Positions 38,990-48,900 of a stretch of DNA of 64,000 nt are shown piece after piece (position 1 is the first letter of the stretch; the number at the start of each line of letters is the position of its first letter). This stretch comes from Agrococcus sp. (GTDB lineage: Bacteria > Actinomycetota > Actinomycetes > Actinomycetales > Microbacteriaceae): contig JAPSJX010000001.1 of the NCBI GenBank assembly GCA_031178105.1, forward strand, positions 21,906 through 85,905. Direction: 5' to 3'. A program made the translations under genes and the position numbers. Below the pieces are notes generated by a model. The model was not told the DNA's origin and did not search any database. It saw only the letters and a list, made by a program, of their open reading frames with translations.

Positions 38990-40353
38990 CGCGCGCGCGC
39001 GGCTGGCTCTGGCTCGGCTTCGGCGGGGTCCACGCCCTGCTCGCGATCCTCAACGTGCCGAGCGTCTCGGACGCCTTCGGTGATGTGCTGTACGTCTACC
39101 CGTCGTGGGTGCAGCAGGGCGAGGAGGGGGAGTGGCTCGGCATCGACGTGCCGTGGGTGTATCCGCTGCTCGCGTGGGCGCCCATCCTCATCTCGAACGT
39201 GCTCGGCACGGAGGCGCTGCCGCTCGTGTGGGTGCTGCTCGTCAGCGCCCTCGACGCTGTCGCGTTCCACCTGCTGCTGCGCGTGCCGCGCGGGCCGGTG
39301 CTCGCGTGGACCTGGCTGGGCCTGCAGCTCGCGCTGGGGCCTGTCGCGCTCGCCCGCATCGACACGGTCGCGGTGGCGGTCGCGATCATCGGCGTCGCGG
39401 TGCTGCGGGGCGGGCGACCGGGGCTCGCCGCGGCCGCGTTCACGGTCGCGGCGTGGATGAAGGTCTGGCCGGGCGTGCTCTACCTCGCGCTGCTCATCGC
39501 CCGGCGCGAGCGCCTGCGGGTGCTCGCTGCCGGTGCGATCGTCTCCGCCGCGGTGCTCGGCCTCGCGGCGCTGCTCGGCTCCGGGCACGCGCTCTCGTTC
39601 CTCACGCAGCAGGAGGACCGGGGGCTGCAGATCGAGGCGGTGGCGGCGACGCCGTACATGTGGCTCTCGACGGGTGACGATGCCCACGTCTACTTCGACC
39701 GCGACATCTGGACCTACCAGGTCGACAGCGACGGCGTCGGGATGGTCGCGGCGCTCGCGACGCCGCTGCTCGTGGGCGCCGTCGTCGTGCTGTGCGCGCT
39801 CGGGGCGCTCGCGGTGCGCCGCTCGCACGGGCGCGAGGCGAACGTCTGGCTCGCCGTCGCGCTCGTCGCGGCGATGATCGTCACGAACAAGGTGGGGTCC
39901 CCGCAGTTCGTGCTCTGGCTGACCGTCCCGGCGCTGCTGCTCGCGGAGCTCGGCGCCCGCCGGCACTGGGTCGGCGTCGGCGCGATCGTGGCCGTCTCGC
40001 TCGCGACGCAGCTGCAGTTCCCCTGGACCTACGGCTGGCTCGTGGTCGGCGACCCCGGGGCGGTGCTGCTGCTCACGGTGCGCAACCTCCTGCACGTCGC
40101 GATCCTGGTCGGATCGGTGTGGATGCTGCTGCGAGCCGGCCGGCGGGGCCCCTTCGCGGTGTCAGGCGAGGAGCGGCGCGAGCAGGTCGCCAACGCGGCC
40201 GGTCTCGATGAGGAAGCCGTCATGGCCGAAGCCGCTCTCGAGCACGACCGGCTCGGCGCCCGAGACGCTGGTCGGCAGTCCCGCGGCGAGCCGCTGCTGG
40301 TCGGCGACGGGGAAGAGCCGGTCGCTCGAGATGCCGACGACGAGCGTCGGTGA
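38986..40353 (+). CDS. GT-C membrane glycosyltransferase (GT87/DUF2029-like)
   Basis: Multi-TM; GDV..Y, WVYP, RID, KVWP, RGLQIE, NKVGSPQF, RN; both termini atypical. Confidence 0.8.
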   Translation: MTRARGWLWLGFGGVHALLAILNVPSVSDAFGDVLYVYPSWVQQGEEGEWLGIDVPWVYPLLAWAPILISNVLGTEALPLVWVLLVSALDAVAFHLLLRVPRGPVLAWTWLGLQLALGPVALARIDTVAVAVAIIGVAVLRGGRPGLAAAAFTVAAWMKVWPGVLYLALLIARRERLRVLAAGAIVSAAVLGLAALLGSGHALSFLTQQEDRGLQIEAVAATPYMWLSTGDDAHVYFDRDIWTYQVDSDGVGMVAALATPLLVGAVVVLCALGALAVRRSHGREANVWLAVALVAAMIVTNKVGSPQFVLWLTVPALLLAELGARRHWVGVGAIVAVSLATQLQFPWTYGWLVVGDPGAVLLLTVRNLLHVAILVGSVWMLLRAGRRGPFAVSGEERREQVANAAGLDEEAVMAEAALEHDRLGARDAGRQSRGEPLLVGDGEEPVARDADDERR

Positions 40354-41394
40354 GGTGACGCGCTCGAGCGCCGCCTCCACGCCGCCGCGCCCGCGACCGA
40401 CGTCGTGGGTCGACATCGCGTCGACGAGCCGCACGTAGGAGCCCGCGTCGAACCTGCGGGTGAAGCGGTTGCCGTGGACGTCGAGGTACGACTCGACCTG
40501 GAACCTGCCGCCCGCGAGCGGGTCGACGCTCGACTGCCACTCGCGCCGGAAGCGCTCGTTGAGCTCGTGCGGCGAGCGGTAGCCGAGCATCGCCATCCGA
40601 CGGGCGAGCGCGAGCCCGCGCGCGGGGCCGGCGTGGCCGGGGAGGTCGTAGAAGTCGCCGCCGAGCCAGCCGGGGTCGGTCGTGATGGCCTCGATCTGCA
40701 GCGAGTTCGCGGCGATCTGGTCGGCGCTCGTGGCGGCGTTGGAGGCGAGCAGCGCGGCGGCGCCGACGCGCTCGGGATGCGTGATGGCCCACTCGAGGGC
40801 GTGCATGCCGCCCATCGAGCCGCCGATCACGGCGTGCCAGCGCTGGATGCGGAGCCGGTCGGCGAGCCGGCGCTGCGCCTCCACCTGGTCGCGCACGGTC
40901 ACGCGGGGGAAGCGCGAGCCCCACTCGACGCCGTCGGTCGCGAGCGATGCGGGTCCGGTCGACCCCTGGCAGCCGCCGAGCATGTTGGGCGCCACGACGA
41001 AGAAGCGGTCGGTGTCGATCGGCAGGCCCGGCCCGACGACGTCGCCCCACCAGCCGGCGGTCGCGTGCCCCGGGCCGGCCTCGCCGCGCACGTGGCTGTC
41101 GCCGGTGAGCGCGTGGGCGACGAGCACGGCGTTGTCGCGCGCGTCGTTCAGCTGCCCCCACGTCTCGAACGCGAGCACGGCGTCCGCGATCGTGCCGCCC
41201 GCCTCGACGTCGATGTCGCCGATGCGGGCGAAGCTGCGCTCACCCGGATCGTCGCCGGGGCGCCAGGCACCCGTGACGGGCACCGGCCGGGAGTGGCCGG
41301 CGCCGCCAGGGTCGCCGAACGGCAGCGCGTCGACGAGCCGTGCGGCGGGCACCCTGGAGGCGGGCTGGACGTCGTCGCTCAGCTGCCAATCCAT
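40162..41394 (-). CDS. metX: Homoserine O-acetyltransferase
   Basis: HALTGDSH, NMLGGCQGSTGP, GGSMGG, GHDGFL. Confidence 0.95.
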   Translation of the reverse strand: MDWQLSDDVQPASRVPAARLVDALPFGDPGGAGHSRPVPVTGAWRPGDDPGERSFARIGDIDVEAGGTIADAVLAFETWGQLNDARDNAVLVAHALTGDSHVRGEAGPGHATAGWWGDVVGPGLPIDTDRFFVVAPNMLGGCQGSTGPASLATDGVEWGSRFPRVTVRDQVEAQRRLADRLRIQRWHAVIGGSMGGMHALEWAITHPERVGAAALLASNAATSADQIAANSLQIEAITTDPGWLGGDFYDLPGHAGPARGLALARRMAMLGYRSPHELNERFRREWQSSVDPLAGGRFQVESYLDVHGNRFTRRFDAGSYVRLVDAMSTHDVGRGRGGVEAALERVTSPTLVVGISSDRLFPVADQQRLAAGLPTSVSGAEPVVLESGFGHDGFLIETGRVGDLLAPLLA

Positions 41395-41408
41395 GGATGC
41401 CCGCCGGC

Positions 41409-42728
41409 TCAGATCGCGGCGGCCTCGAGCGCGGCGGCCTTCGCGGCCGCCGCCTCGAGCCCGGTGCTGAGGTCGGCGATGAGGTCGTCGACGTGCTCGA
41501 TGCCGACGGAGAGCCGCACGAGGCCGGGCGTGACGCCTGCGGTCAGCTGCTGCTCCGGGGTGAGCTGCGCGTGGGTCGTGGACGCCGGGTGGATGACAAG
41601 CGAGCGCACGTCGCCGATGTTGGCGAGGTGGCTGAAGAGCTCGAGCGACTCGACGAGCGCCTTGCCGGCCTCGACGCCGCCGACGAGCTCGAACGAGAGC
41701 ACCGCGCCGGTGCCGCGCGGGGCGATCTCGCGGGCGCGCTCGTGCCACGGGCTCGAGGGCAGGCCGGCGTAGTGCACGCCGGCGACCTGCGGGTGCGCCT
41801 CGAGGAAGCGGGCGACGGCGGTGGCGTTCGCGACGTGGCGGTCGAGGCGCAGCGAGAGCGTCTCGATGCCCTGCAGCAGCTGCCACGCGGTGTCCGGGGA
41901 GGAGGATGCGCCGACGTCGCGGAGCAGCGTCACGCGCGCCTTGATGATGTAGGCGATCTGGTCGCCGAGCGCCTCGGTGAAGGTGACCCCGTGGTACGAC
42001 TCGTCGGGCTCGGTGAGCCCCGGGAACCTGTCGGACTGCGACCACGCGAAGCGGCCGCCGTCGACGATCGCGCCGGCGACGACCGAGCCGTGGCCGCCCA
42101 GGAACTTCGTCGCCGAGTGGACGACGATGTCGGCGCCGTGCTCGAGCGGGCGGATCAGGTACGGGGTCGCGATCGTGTTGTCGACGACGAGCGGGAGGCC
42201 GGCCTCGTGGGCGACGCCGGAGACGCCTGCGATGTCGAGCAGGTTGATGCGCGGGTTGCCGATCGTCTCGGCGAAGAGCAGCTTCGTGTTGGGGCGGATC
42301 GCCCGGCGCCACTCGTCGAGGTCGTCCTGGTCCTCGACGAAGGTCACGTCGACGCCCAGGCGCTTCAGGGTGAAGTTGAAGAGGTTGTACGTGCCGCCGT
42401 AGATCGACGACGACGACACGATGTGGTCGCCGGCGCTCGCGATGTTGAGGATCGCGTACGAGGTCGCAGCCTGGCCGGACGAGAGCAGGAGCGCCGCCGC
42501 GCCGCCCTCGAGGGCCGCGAGGCGCTGCTCGACGACGTCGTTGGTCGGGTTCATGATGCGCGAGTAGATGTTGCCGAACTCCGCGAGCCCGAAGAGGCGG
42601 GCGGCGTGGTCGGCGTTGTCGAACACATAGGAGGTCGTGCGGTAGACGGGCGTGATGCGCGCCTTCGTCGTTGGGTCGGGCTGCGCGCCCGCGTGGACCT
42701 GCAGGGTCTCGAACTTCCAGTCGCTCAT
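41409..42728 (-). CDS. metY: O-acetylhomoserine sulfhydrylase
   Basis: [45 protein letters not shown]. Confidence 0.95.
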   Translation of the reverse strand: MSDWKFETLQVHAGAQPDPTTKARITPVYRTTSYVFDNADHAARLFGLAEFGNIYSRIMNPTNDVVEQRLAALEGGAAALLLSSGQAATSYAILNIASAGDHIVSSSSIYGGTYNLFNFTLKRLGVDVTFVEDQDDLDEWRRAIRPNTKLLFAETIGNPRINLLDIAGVSGVAHEAGLPLVVDNTIATPYLIRPLEHGADIVVHSATKFLGGHGSVVAGAIVDGGRFAWSQSDRFPGLTEPDESYHGVTFTEALGDQIAYIIKARVTLLRDVGASSSPDTAWQLLQGIETLSLRLDRHVANATAVARFLEAHPQVAGVHYAGLPSSPWHERAREIAPRGTGAVLSFELVGGVEAGKALVESLELFSHLANIGDVRSLVIHPASTTHAQLTPEQQLTAGVTPGLVRLSVGIEHVDDLIADLSTGLEAAAAKAAALEAAAI

Positions 42729-42869
42729 GGTGCGCCTCCTCGGCTGTCGGCTGATCGACGTGCTCGTCCCAGGGTGGAGCGGAGGCGCGGCGGGGGCCAC
42801 CCCGGGCCGACGCACGGCGTAACACGGCGCGATTGGCGCTCGCAGCGCATCGGGTGCTTGCATGGCGGC

Positions 42870-43658
42870 ATGAGCGAGAAGCGGATCATCGTCACAGGTG
42901 CGTCGAGCGGCATCGGGGAGGCGGTCGCGCGGCATGCCGTCGCCCGCGGCTGGCAGGTGCTGGCGGTCGCCCGCCGCGCGGAGCGGCTCGAGGCGCTCGC
43001 GGCCGACATCGGATGCGAGGTGCTCGCCGCCGACCTCACGGATGAGGGCGACATCGCCCGGCTCGCCGAGGCCGCCGCGGCGTTCCGCCCGACGAGCCTC
43101 GTGCAGGTCGCGGGTGGCGCGAAGGGCGCCGCGCATCTCGCCGAGACGACGATCGAGGACTGGCGCTGGATGTTCGAGTCGAACGTGATCGCGGCGAAGC
43201 GCGTCATCGACGCGGTGCTGCCGCTGCTGCGGGCGTCGACGCGCCCCTCGGAGGGCGCGCCCGGCGGCTACGCCGAGATCATGGTCGTGACCTCGATCGC
43301 CGCGACCGTCGCGTACGCGGGCGGCTCGGGCTACAACGCCGCGAAGTCGGCCGAGAAGCAGCTCGTCGACGTGCTGCGGCTCGAGCTCCACGGGGAGCCG
43401 ATCCGGGTGATGGAGGTCGCGCCCGGGATGGTGTGGACCGAGGAGTTCTCGCTCGTGCGCTTCGAGGGCGACCGGGCGAAGGCCGATGCGGTCTACAAGG
43501 ACGTGCAGGACCCGCTCTCGGCCGACGACGTCGCGCAGGTGATGACGGACATCCTCGCGCTGCCGGGCCACGTCTCGATCGACGAGACGATCATCAAGCC
43601 GGTCGCGCAGACGCACCCGTGGATGGTGCACCGCGGGCCGCTCGTCGCGAAGGGCTAG
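42870..43658 (+). CDS. Short-chain dehydrogenase/reductase (YdfG-like)
   Basis: TGASSGIG, YNAAK, PGMV.TEEFS. Confidence 0.92.
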   Translation: MSEKRIIVTGASSGIGEAVARHAVARGWQVLAVARRAERLEALAADIGCEVLAADLTDEGDIARLAEAAAAFRPTSLVQVAGGAKGAAHLAETTIEDWRWMFESNVIAAKRVIDAVLPLLRASTRPSEGAPGGYAEIMVVTSIAATVAYAGGSGYNAAKSAEKQLVDVLRLELHGEPIRVMEVAPGMVWTEEFSLVRFEGDRAKADAVYKDVQDPLSADDVAQVMTDILALPGHVSIDETIIKPVAQTHPWMVHRGPLVAKG

Positions 43659-43667
43659 CAGCGACCG

Positions 43668-43707
43668 GCGCGAGCCGCGGCACAGCGACGAGGCCGCCGG
43701 CTCGCGC
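43668..43707 (+). terminator. GC-rich hairpin after the SDR gene
   Basis: 10-bp stem GCGCGAGCCG/CGGCTCGCGC, no U-tract. Confidence 0.4.
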
Positions 43708-43766
43708 ACGGCGTGGCGGCGCGAATCCGTCCCCCACGGCGTCGCTCGCCGACGTACGCTTCCCGC

Positions 43767-44555
43767 ATGGTGGAGTCGCTCGTCTTCGGCATCGTCGCCT
43801 CGAGCGCGCTCGTCATCGGCGCGCTCATCGGGGTCCGCTTCGACCTGCCGAAGCGGCTGCTCGCGATCCTGCTGTCGTTCGCGGCCGGTGCGCTCATCAC
43901 AGCGCTCGCGTTCGAGCTCTTCGAGGACTCCTACGAGATGGGCGGCATCTGGCGCGCCGCGGTCGGGCTCTTCGTGGGTGCCGCGGTCTTCACCGGCCTG
44001 AGCGCGCTGCTCGACCGAGCTGCGCAGCCGGGGAAGGGCAGGCCTGCGGACGAGCACCGCGGCAGCGCGAAGCTCGACACGGATGCGGCGGCCTCCGACC
44101 GGAGCGCGACGAAGGCCACGACGCGCGGAGCGGCCGGGCTCGCGCTCCTGGCGGCCGTGACCCTCGACGGCGTGCCCGAGAACGTCGCGCTCGGCGTCTC
44201 GCTGGGAGGGGGCTCTGGAGGCCTCGCGCTGCTCGCGGCGATCTTCGTGTCGAACCTGCCGGAGGCGCTCGTCGGCGCGTCGTCGATGCGCACGCAGGGC
44301 GTGCCGCGCGGCAGGATCCTCGCGCTCTGGACGGCGTGCGCGGTGCTGCTCGTCGGCGCGGTGGTCGTCGGTGCGGGGCCGCTCGCATCGGTCGAGCCCG
44401 AGGCGATCTCGCTGCCGCTCGCGTTCGCGGCAGGCGCCGTCATCGCCTCGCTCGCCGACACGCTGATGCCCGAGGCGTACGAGCACGGTGGACCGGCCGT
44501 CGCGATGAGCACGGCCGCGGGCTTCGTGCTGTCGTTCGTGCTGTCGCTCGCCTGA
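43767..44555 (+). CDS. ZIP family metal transporter
   Basis: FAAGALI, LDGVPE, SNLPE, TLMPEAY; multi-TM. Confidence 0.88.
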   Translation: MVESLVFGIVASSALVIGALIGVRFDLPKRLLAILLSFAAGALITALAFELFEDSYEMGGIWRAAVGLFVGAAVFTGLSALLDRAAQPGKGRPADEHRGSAKLDTDAAASDRSATKATTRGAAGLALLAAVTLDGVPENVALGVSLGGGSGGLALLAAIFVSNLPEALVGASSMRTQGVPRGRILALWTACAVLLVGAVVVGAGPLASVEPEAISLPLAFAAGAVIASLADTLMPEAYEHGGPAVAMSTAAGFVLSFVLSLA

Positions 44556-44613
44556 TCGGCGCGCTGAGGGCGGGACGGCTCGACGAGCAGCACCGGCACC
44601 GTAGACTTGGAGC

Positions 44614-45174
44614 ATGCCCACCCCCCACCCCTTCACGCTGTCCGTGCGCGACATCGTGCAGAAGCCGGGTCGGATGCGCGAGGTCGAGGAGACCGCCCCC
44701 TTCGGCGAGAAGGTCGGCGAGGGTCTCGCGACCGTGCTGCCCGACCAGCCCGTCGAGCTCGACGCGCGCCTCGAGAGCGTGCACGAGGGCATCCTCGTCA
44801 CCGGTGAGGCCTTCGTCACCGCGCTCGCCACGTGCTCGCGCTGCCTCGTCGAGTTCGACCTCGAGGTCGAAGTCGACTTCCTCGAGCTGTTCGCGTATGC
44901 TGGTGCGTCGGAAACCGACTACCTCGTGGTCGACGAAACTGTCGACCTGCTTCCGGTGGTCCGGGACGCGGTCGTGCTGGCGCTGCCGTTCCAACCGGTC
45001 GATCGACCGGACTGCTCCGGGCTCGACCCGGAGACAGGGGAACGGCTCGAGCCTGGCACGGAGTACGTGCCGACGGAGACCATCGATCCGCGATGGGCAG
45101 CGCTCCAGGGTTTCACCGAAGACATGACCGACGACACGTCGGAAGATGGCGCCCAGGCGTCGAAGAAGGAGTGA
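44614..45174 (+). CDS. yceD: YceD/DUF177 family protein
   Basis: CSRC, DPRWAAL; immediately upstream of rpmF. Confidence 0.92.
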   Translation: MPTPHPFTLSVRDIVQKPGRMREVEETAPFGEKVGEGLATVLPDQPVELDARLESVHEGILVTGEAFVTALATCSRCLVEFDLEVEVDFLELFAYAGASETDYLVVDETVDLLPVVRDAVVLALPFQPVDRPDCSGLDPETGERLEPGTEYVPTETIDPRWAALQGFTEDMTDDTSEDGAQASKKE

Positions 45175-45177
45175 GCA

Positions 45178-45381
45178 ATGGCTGTTCCCAAGAGGAAGAT
45201 GTCGCGGTCCAACACCCGTGCGCGCCGTTCGCAGTGGAAGGCCGTCGTGCCCAAGCTCGTGAAGACGATCGAGGGCGGCAAGACCGTCTACAGCCTCCCG
45301 CACCGCGCGAAGGTCGTCGAGGACTCGGCCGGCACCCCGCTGTACCTTGAGTACAAGGGCCGCAAGGTCGCTGACGTCTGA
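45178..45381 (+). CDS. rpmF: 50S ribosomal protein L32 (Cys-free, zinc-independent type)
   Basis: [20 protein letters not shown]. Confidence 0.97.
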   Translation: MAVPKRKMSRSNTRARRSQWKAVVPKLVKTIEGGKTVYSLPHRAKVVEDSAGTPLYLEYKGRKVADV

Positions 45382-45391
45382 TCTCCGTCCT

Positions 45392-46084
45392 GTGACGGAG
45401 CACCGACTGCTCGAGCAGCTCGGGGTCGACATCGACCCCGGGCTGCTGTCGTTGGCGCTCACGCACCGGTCGTGGGCGTACGAGCACGGCGGCGCACCCC
45501 ACAACGAGCGCCTCGAGTTCCTCGGCGACTCGATCCTCGGTCAGGCGATCACGATCGAGCTCTACCGACGGTTCCCGGATGCGCCGGAGGGCGAGCTCGC
45601 GAAGCGCCGCGCCGGCGTCGTCTCGTCCGTCGCGCTCGCCGAGGTGGCCCGCACGATCGGGCTCGGCGAGCACATCCGGCTCGGCAAGGGCGAGGCGGCG
45701 TCCGGCGGCGCCGACAAGGCGTCGATCCTCGCCGACACGGTCGAGGCGATCTTCGGTGCCGCGTTCCTCAGCGCCGGGCACACCGCATCCGCCGCCCTCG
45801 TCCTGCGGCTCGTGGGCCCGCTGCTCGACGACCCGGGCCGCACCGGCGCCGCGCTCGACCCGAAGACCGCGCTGCAGGAGGTCGCCGCGGCGCAGGGCAT
45901 CGGGGCGCCCGTCTACGAGGTCGAGGCCACCGGGCCCGACCACGCGCGCACCTTCACCGCGACCGTGCGCATCGACGACGAGGCCGTCGCGACCGGCTCG
46001 GGCACGAGCAAGAAGGTCGCCGAGATGGCCGCCGCGCTCGCCGCGCACGGACGGCTCACCGCGCCGGACGCCGCGCAGGCCTGA
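45392..46084 (+). CDS. rnc: Ribonuclease III
   Basis: ALTHRS, NERLEFLGD, dsRBD DPKTALQE. Confidence 0.97.
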   Translation: MTEHRLLEQLGVDIDPGLLSLALTHRSWAYEHGGAPHNERLEFLGDSILGQAITIELYRRFPDAPEGELAKRRAGVVSSVALAEVARTIGLGEHIRLGKGEAASGGADKASILADTVEAIFGAAFLSAGHTASAALVLRLVGPLLDDPGRTGAALDPKTALQEVAAAQGIGAPVYEVEATGPDHARTFTATVRIDDEAVATGSGTSKKVAEMAAALAAHGRLTAPDAAQA

Positions 46085-46085
46085 C

Positions 46086-46982
46086 GTGCCGGAGCTGCCC
46101 GAGGTCGAGGTCGTCCGCGCCGGGCTCGCGCCGGCCGTCACCGGCGCTCGCGTCGAGGGCGTCGAGGTGCTCGACGCGCGCTCCGTCCGTCGGCACGCCG
46201 GCGGCCCGGCGGACTTCGAGGCCGCGCTCACCGGCCGCACGCTCGGTGTGCCGGCCCGGCGCGGCAAGTTCCTCTGGGTGCCGCTCGGGCCGACGCGGGA
46301 TGCGCCGGGCCCGGATGCGCCCGATGCGCGGGCGCTGCTGGCGCACCTCGGGATGTCAGGTCAGATGCTCGTGCGCGAGCCCGGCGCTCCCGCCGACCGG
46401 CACACGCGCATCCGGCTGCTGCTCGACCAGCCCGGCCACGGCCCTGTCGAGGTGCGCTTCGCCGACCAGCGCCTGTTCGGTGGCCTCGCGGTGCGCCCGA
46501 CGGTGGAGGGCGTGCCCGACCAGGCCGCGCACATCGCGCTCGATCCGATCGACCCCGCGTTCGACGCATCCGCCGTCGCCCGACGCCTGCGGATGCGCCG
46601 CCAGGGCGTGAAGGCGGCGCTGCTCGACCAGACGCTCGTCTCGGGCATCGGCAACATCTACGCCGACGAGGCGCTGTGGCGCAGCCGGCTGCACTATGCG
46701 ACGCCGGGGGAGCGGCTCACGCAGGCACGGGCGCTCGCGCTGCTCGCCGACGTGCGCGACGTGCTCGACCTCGCGCTCGCCGAGGGCGGCACCTCGTTCG
46801 ACGCGCAGTACGTCAACGTGAACGGGCAGGCCGGCTACTTCGCGCACAGCCTGAACGCCTATGGCCGCGGCGGGCTGCCGTGCCCGCGCTGCGGTGCCGC
46901 GATGGTGCGCGAGGCATGGGCGAATCGCGGCTCGACGCGGTGCCCGCGGTGCCAGCGGCGGCCGCGGGGCATCGCCGTCTGA
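46086..46982 (+). CDS. mutM: Formamidopyrimidine-DNA glycosylase
   Basis: PELPEVE, RRGKFL, HLGMSG, GIGNIYADE, C-terminal zinc finger. Confidence 0.97.
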   Translation: MPELPEVEVVRAGLAPAVTGARVEGVEVLDARSVRRHAGGPADFEAALTGRTLGVPARRGKFLWVPLGPTRDAPGPDAPDARALLAHLGMSGQMLVREPGAPADRHTRIRLLLDQPGHGPVEVRFADQRLFGGLAVRPTVEGVPDQAAHIALDPIDPAFDASAVARRLRMRRQGVKAALLDQTLVSGIGNIYADEALWRSRLHYATPGERLTQARALALLADVRDVLDLALAEGGTSFDAQYVNVNGQAGYFAHSLNAYGRGGLPCPRCGAAMVREAWANRGSTRCPRCQRRPRGIAV

Positions 46983-47017
46983 TGGGGCCGCACGTCGCCG
47001 CGCCGTAGGCTGGAGGG

Positions 47018-47647
47018 ATGGCGTTCGACGGATTCGGTGACGATGCGTTCGCGTTCTACCGCGAGCTCGAGGCGAACAACGAGAAGCCGTGGTGGCTCGC
47101 CAACAAGCACCGCTACGACGAGGCCGTGCGCGCGCCGTTCGAGGCGCTCGCCGAGGAGCTCGAGCCGATCGCCAGCACCGTGAAGATCTACCGGCCCTAC
47201 CGCGACGTGCGGTTCGCGAACGACAAGACGCCGTACAAGACGCGCCAGGGGCTCTTCGCCCAGCGCGCGCCCGGTGTCGGCTGGTTCGTCAACCTCGACG
47301 CGACGGGCGTCTCGCTCGGCGGCGGCTTCTTCGGCGACGCCTCGCTCACGAAGGCCTACCGCGCGGCGGTCGAGGCGGCGGCGCCCGGTACCGAGCTCGC
47401 GGGCATCGTCGGCGAGCTCGAGCACGCGGGCTACGAGCCCGGTGGCGAAGCGGTCAAGACGGCGCCGCGCGGTGTCGACCCGCAGCATCCGCGGATCGCG
47501 CTGCTGCGCTACAAGTGGCTCACCGCCAGGCGGCACGTCGAGCCTGCGGATGCGGGCACCTCGCTGCTCGACGCCGTCTTCGACACCGTGGAGGACCTCC
47601 AGCCGCTCGTGCAGTGGGCGGCGAAGCACGTGGCGCCGAAGCGCTGA
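47018..47647 (+). CDS. DUF2461 domain protein
   Basis: LEANNEKPWW, RPYRDVRFANDKTPYK. Confidence 0.88.
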   Translation: MAFDGFGDDAFAFYRELEANNEKPWWLANKHRYDEAVRAPFEALAEELEPIASTVKIYRPYRDVRFANDKTPYKTRQGLFAQRAPGVGWFVNLDATGVSLGGGFFGDASLTKAYRAAVEAAAPGTELAGIVGELEHAGYEPGGEAVKTAPRGVDPQHPRIALLRYKWLTARRHVEPADAGTSLLDAVFDTVEDLQPLVQWAAKHVAPKR

Positions 47648-47763
47648 CCGCCCGCACCCATCCGTCATCGCAGGCTCAGGGCCGAGCGGACGGGATGGCG
47701 GCGCCGGATCGCCGGTGAGGCGGGCGGGGCCAGGCGAGACCGGCGGGAGGGCGCGCCGTCCGT

Positions 47764-47813
47764 GTTGAGCGTTCGTGTCCGAGTGGAGGGCAACTCGGAC
47801 GCAAAGGCTCAAC
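47764..47813. repeat. Long imperfect inverted repeat (terminator or REP-like) between convergent genes
   Basis: GTTGAGC...GTGTCCGAGT / ACTCGGACGC...GCTCAAC. Confidence 0.65.
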
Positions 47814-48900
47814 CGGCGGGGCTGAAGCGCTTCTGCCAGCCGCCCTCGGCGCCGACCGGCGTGAAGCCGAGCGCCTCGTTCACCGCGAGCATCGGACGGT
47901 TCTCCTCGGCGTTCCAGGTGATCACCCTGGTGCGGTCGGGGTGCAGGCGGCCGAGCTGCAGCAGGTTCTCGGCCTTTACGAGCATGCCGAGCCGGTGGCC
48001 GCGATGGTCGGCGTGCACGAGGGTGTCCTCCTGCGTCGCCGGGCGCCCCTCGGCCGGGACGAGCAGCACCGTGAACGCGACGACGTCGCCGCTCTCGCGA
48101 TGCACGGCGGCCGCCTGCAGGACGGACTGCCCGGCCTCCTCGAGCTCGCGCTCGAGGCGGTCGAGCCGAGCCGCGTCCCACCGCTCGTCGTCGACGTCGA
48201 GGCCCGCGCTCGGCGCGTCGGTCGCCATGCGCGCGTGCAGGGCCGCCATGCCGTCGCGCAGCTCGGGCTGCGTGCGACCCGACCACGAGCGCGCCTCGTA
48301 CGCGTCGCCCGCGTGCGCGAGCGCCTCCGCCCGGTGCTGGTCGAGGGTCGAGCGCGCCGCCTCGACGTCGAGCTGCGAGATGCGATCCACCTGCTCGAGC
48401 GAGTAGCCGAGCGCGACCGCGAGCCGAGCGGCCGCGTCGGCCGCGATCGACCCGTGCCCGCTCGCCGGCGCGAGCGCGGCATCGCCCTCGCTCGGCGCGC
48501 GGTGGTCGGCCCACGCCTGCAGCGTCGTCGCACCCAGCTCGACGGCGATGCGCTCCGCGTGCTCGGCGATGGCGCGACCCAGCCCGTGCCCGCGCTCCTC
48601 GGGCACGACCCACGCCGAGACGTACGCGACCGAGGCGCCCTCCTCGGCGCCCAGGGCCGCGACGGAGCGGCCGACGTCGCGGCCGTCCTCGACGACGAGG
48701 AAGCGCCGCACGATCTCGTCCTCCGGGTGCCGCATGCTCGCGAGGATCTCGTCGACCGTCGTGTCGCGCGAGTCGTCGCCCCAGAAGTCCTGCGTGACCC
48801 GGTTGGCCGTCGCCACGTAGCGCGCGATGCGCGACAGCGCGGGCTCGTCGAAGTCGTCGCCAGGAGCCTCGAGCTCCAGGTGCTCCAGCGCGCCGGTCAT
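47809..48900 (-). CDS. Tandem-domain GNAT family N-acetyltransferase
   Basis: RGHGLG and HRGHRLG AcCoA motifs; TWNAEENRPMLAVNEALGF. Confidence 0.9.
   Translation of the reverse strand: MTGALEHLELEAPGDDFDEPALSRIARYVATANRVTQDFWGDDSRDTTVDEILASMRHPEDEIVRRFLVVEDGRDVGRSVAALGAEEGASVAYVSAWVVPEERGHGLGRAIAEHAERIAVELGATTLQAWADHRAPSEGDAALAPASGHGSIAADAAARLAVALGYSLEQVDRISQLDVEAARSTLDQHRAEALAHAGDAYEARSWSGRTQPELRDGMAALHARMATDAPSAGLDVDDERWDAARLDRLERELEEAGQSVLQAAAVHRESGDVVAFTVLLVPAEGRPATQEDTLVHADHRGHRLGMLVKAENLLQLGRLHPDRTRVITWNAEENRPMLAVNEALGFTPVGAEGGWQKRFSPAG

Noticed and set aside
42729-42869. Possible SAM riboswitch upstream of metY
   Set aside because: No SAM-I or SAM-IV core sequence was recognisable, and the region is shared with the divergent SDR promoter. 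An Rfam scan would settle it.
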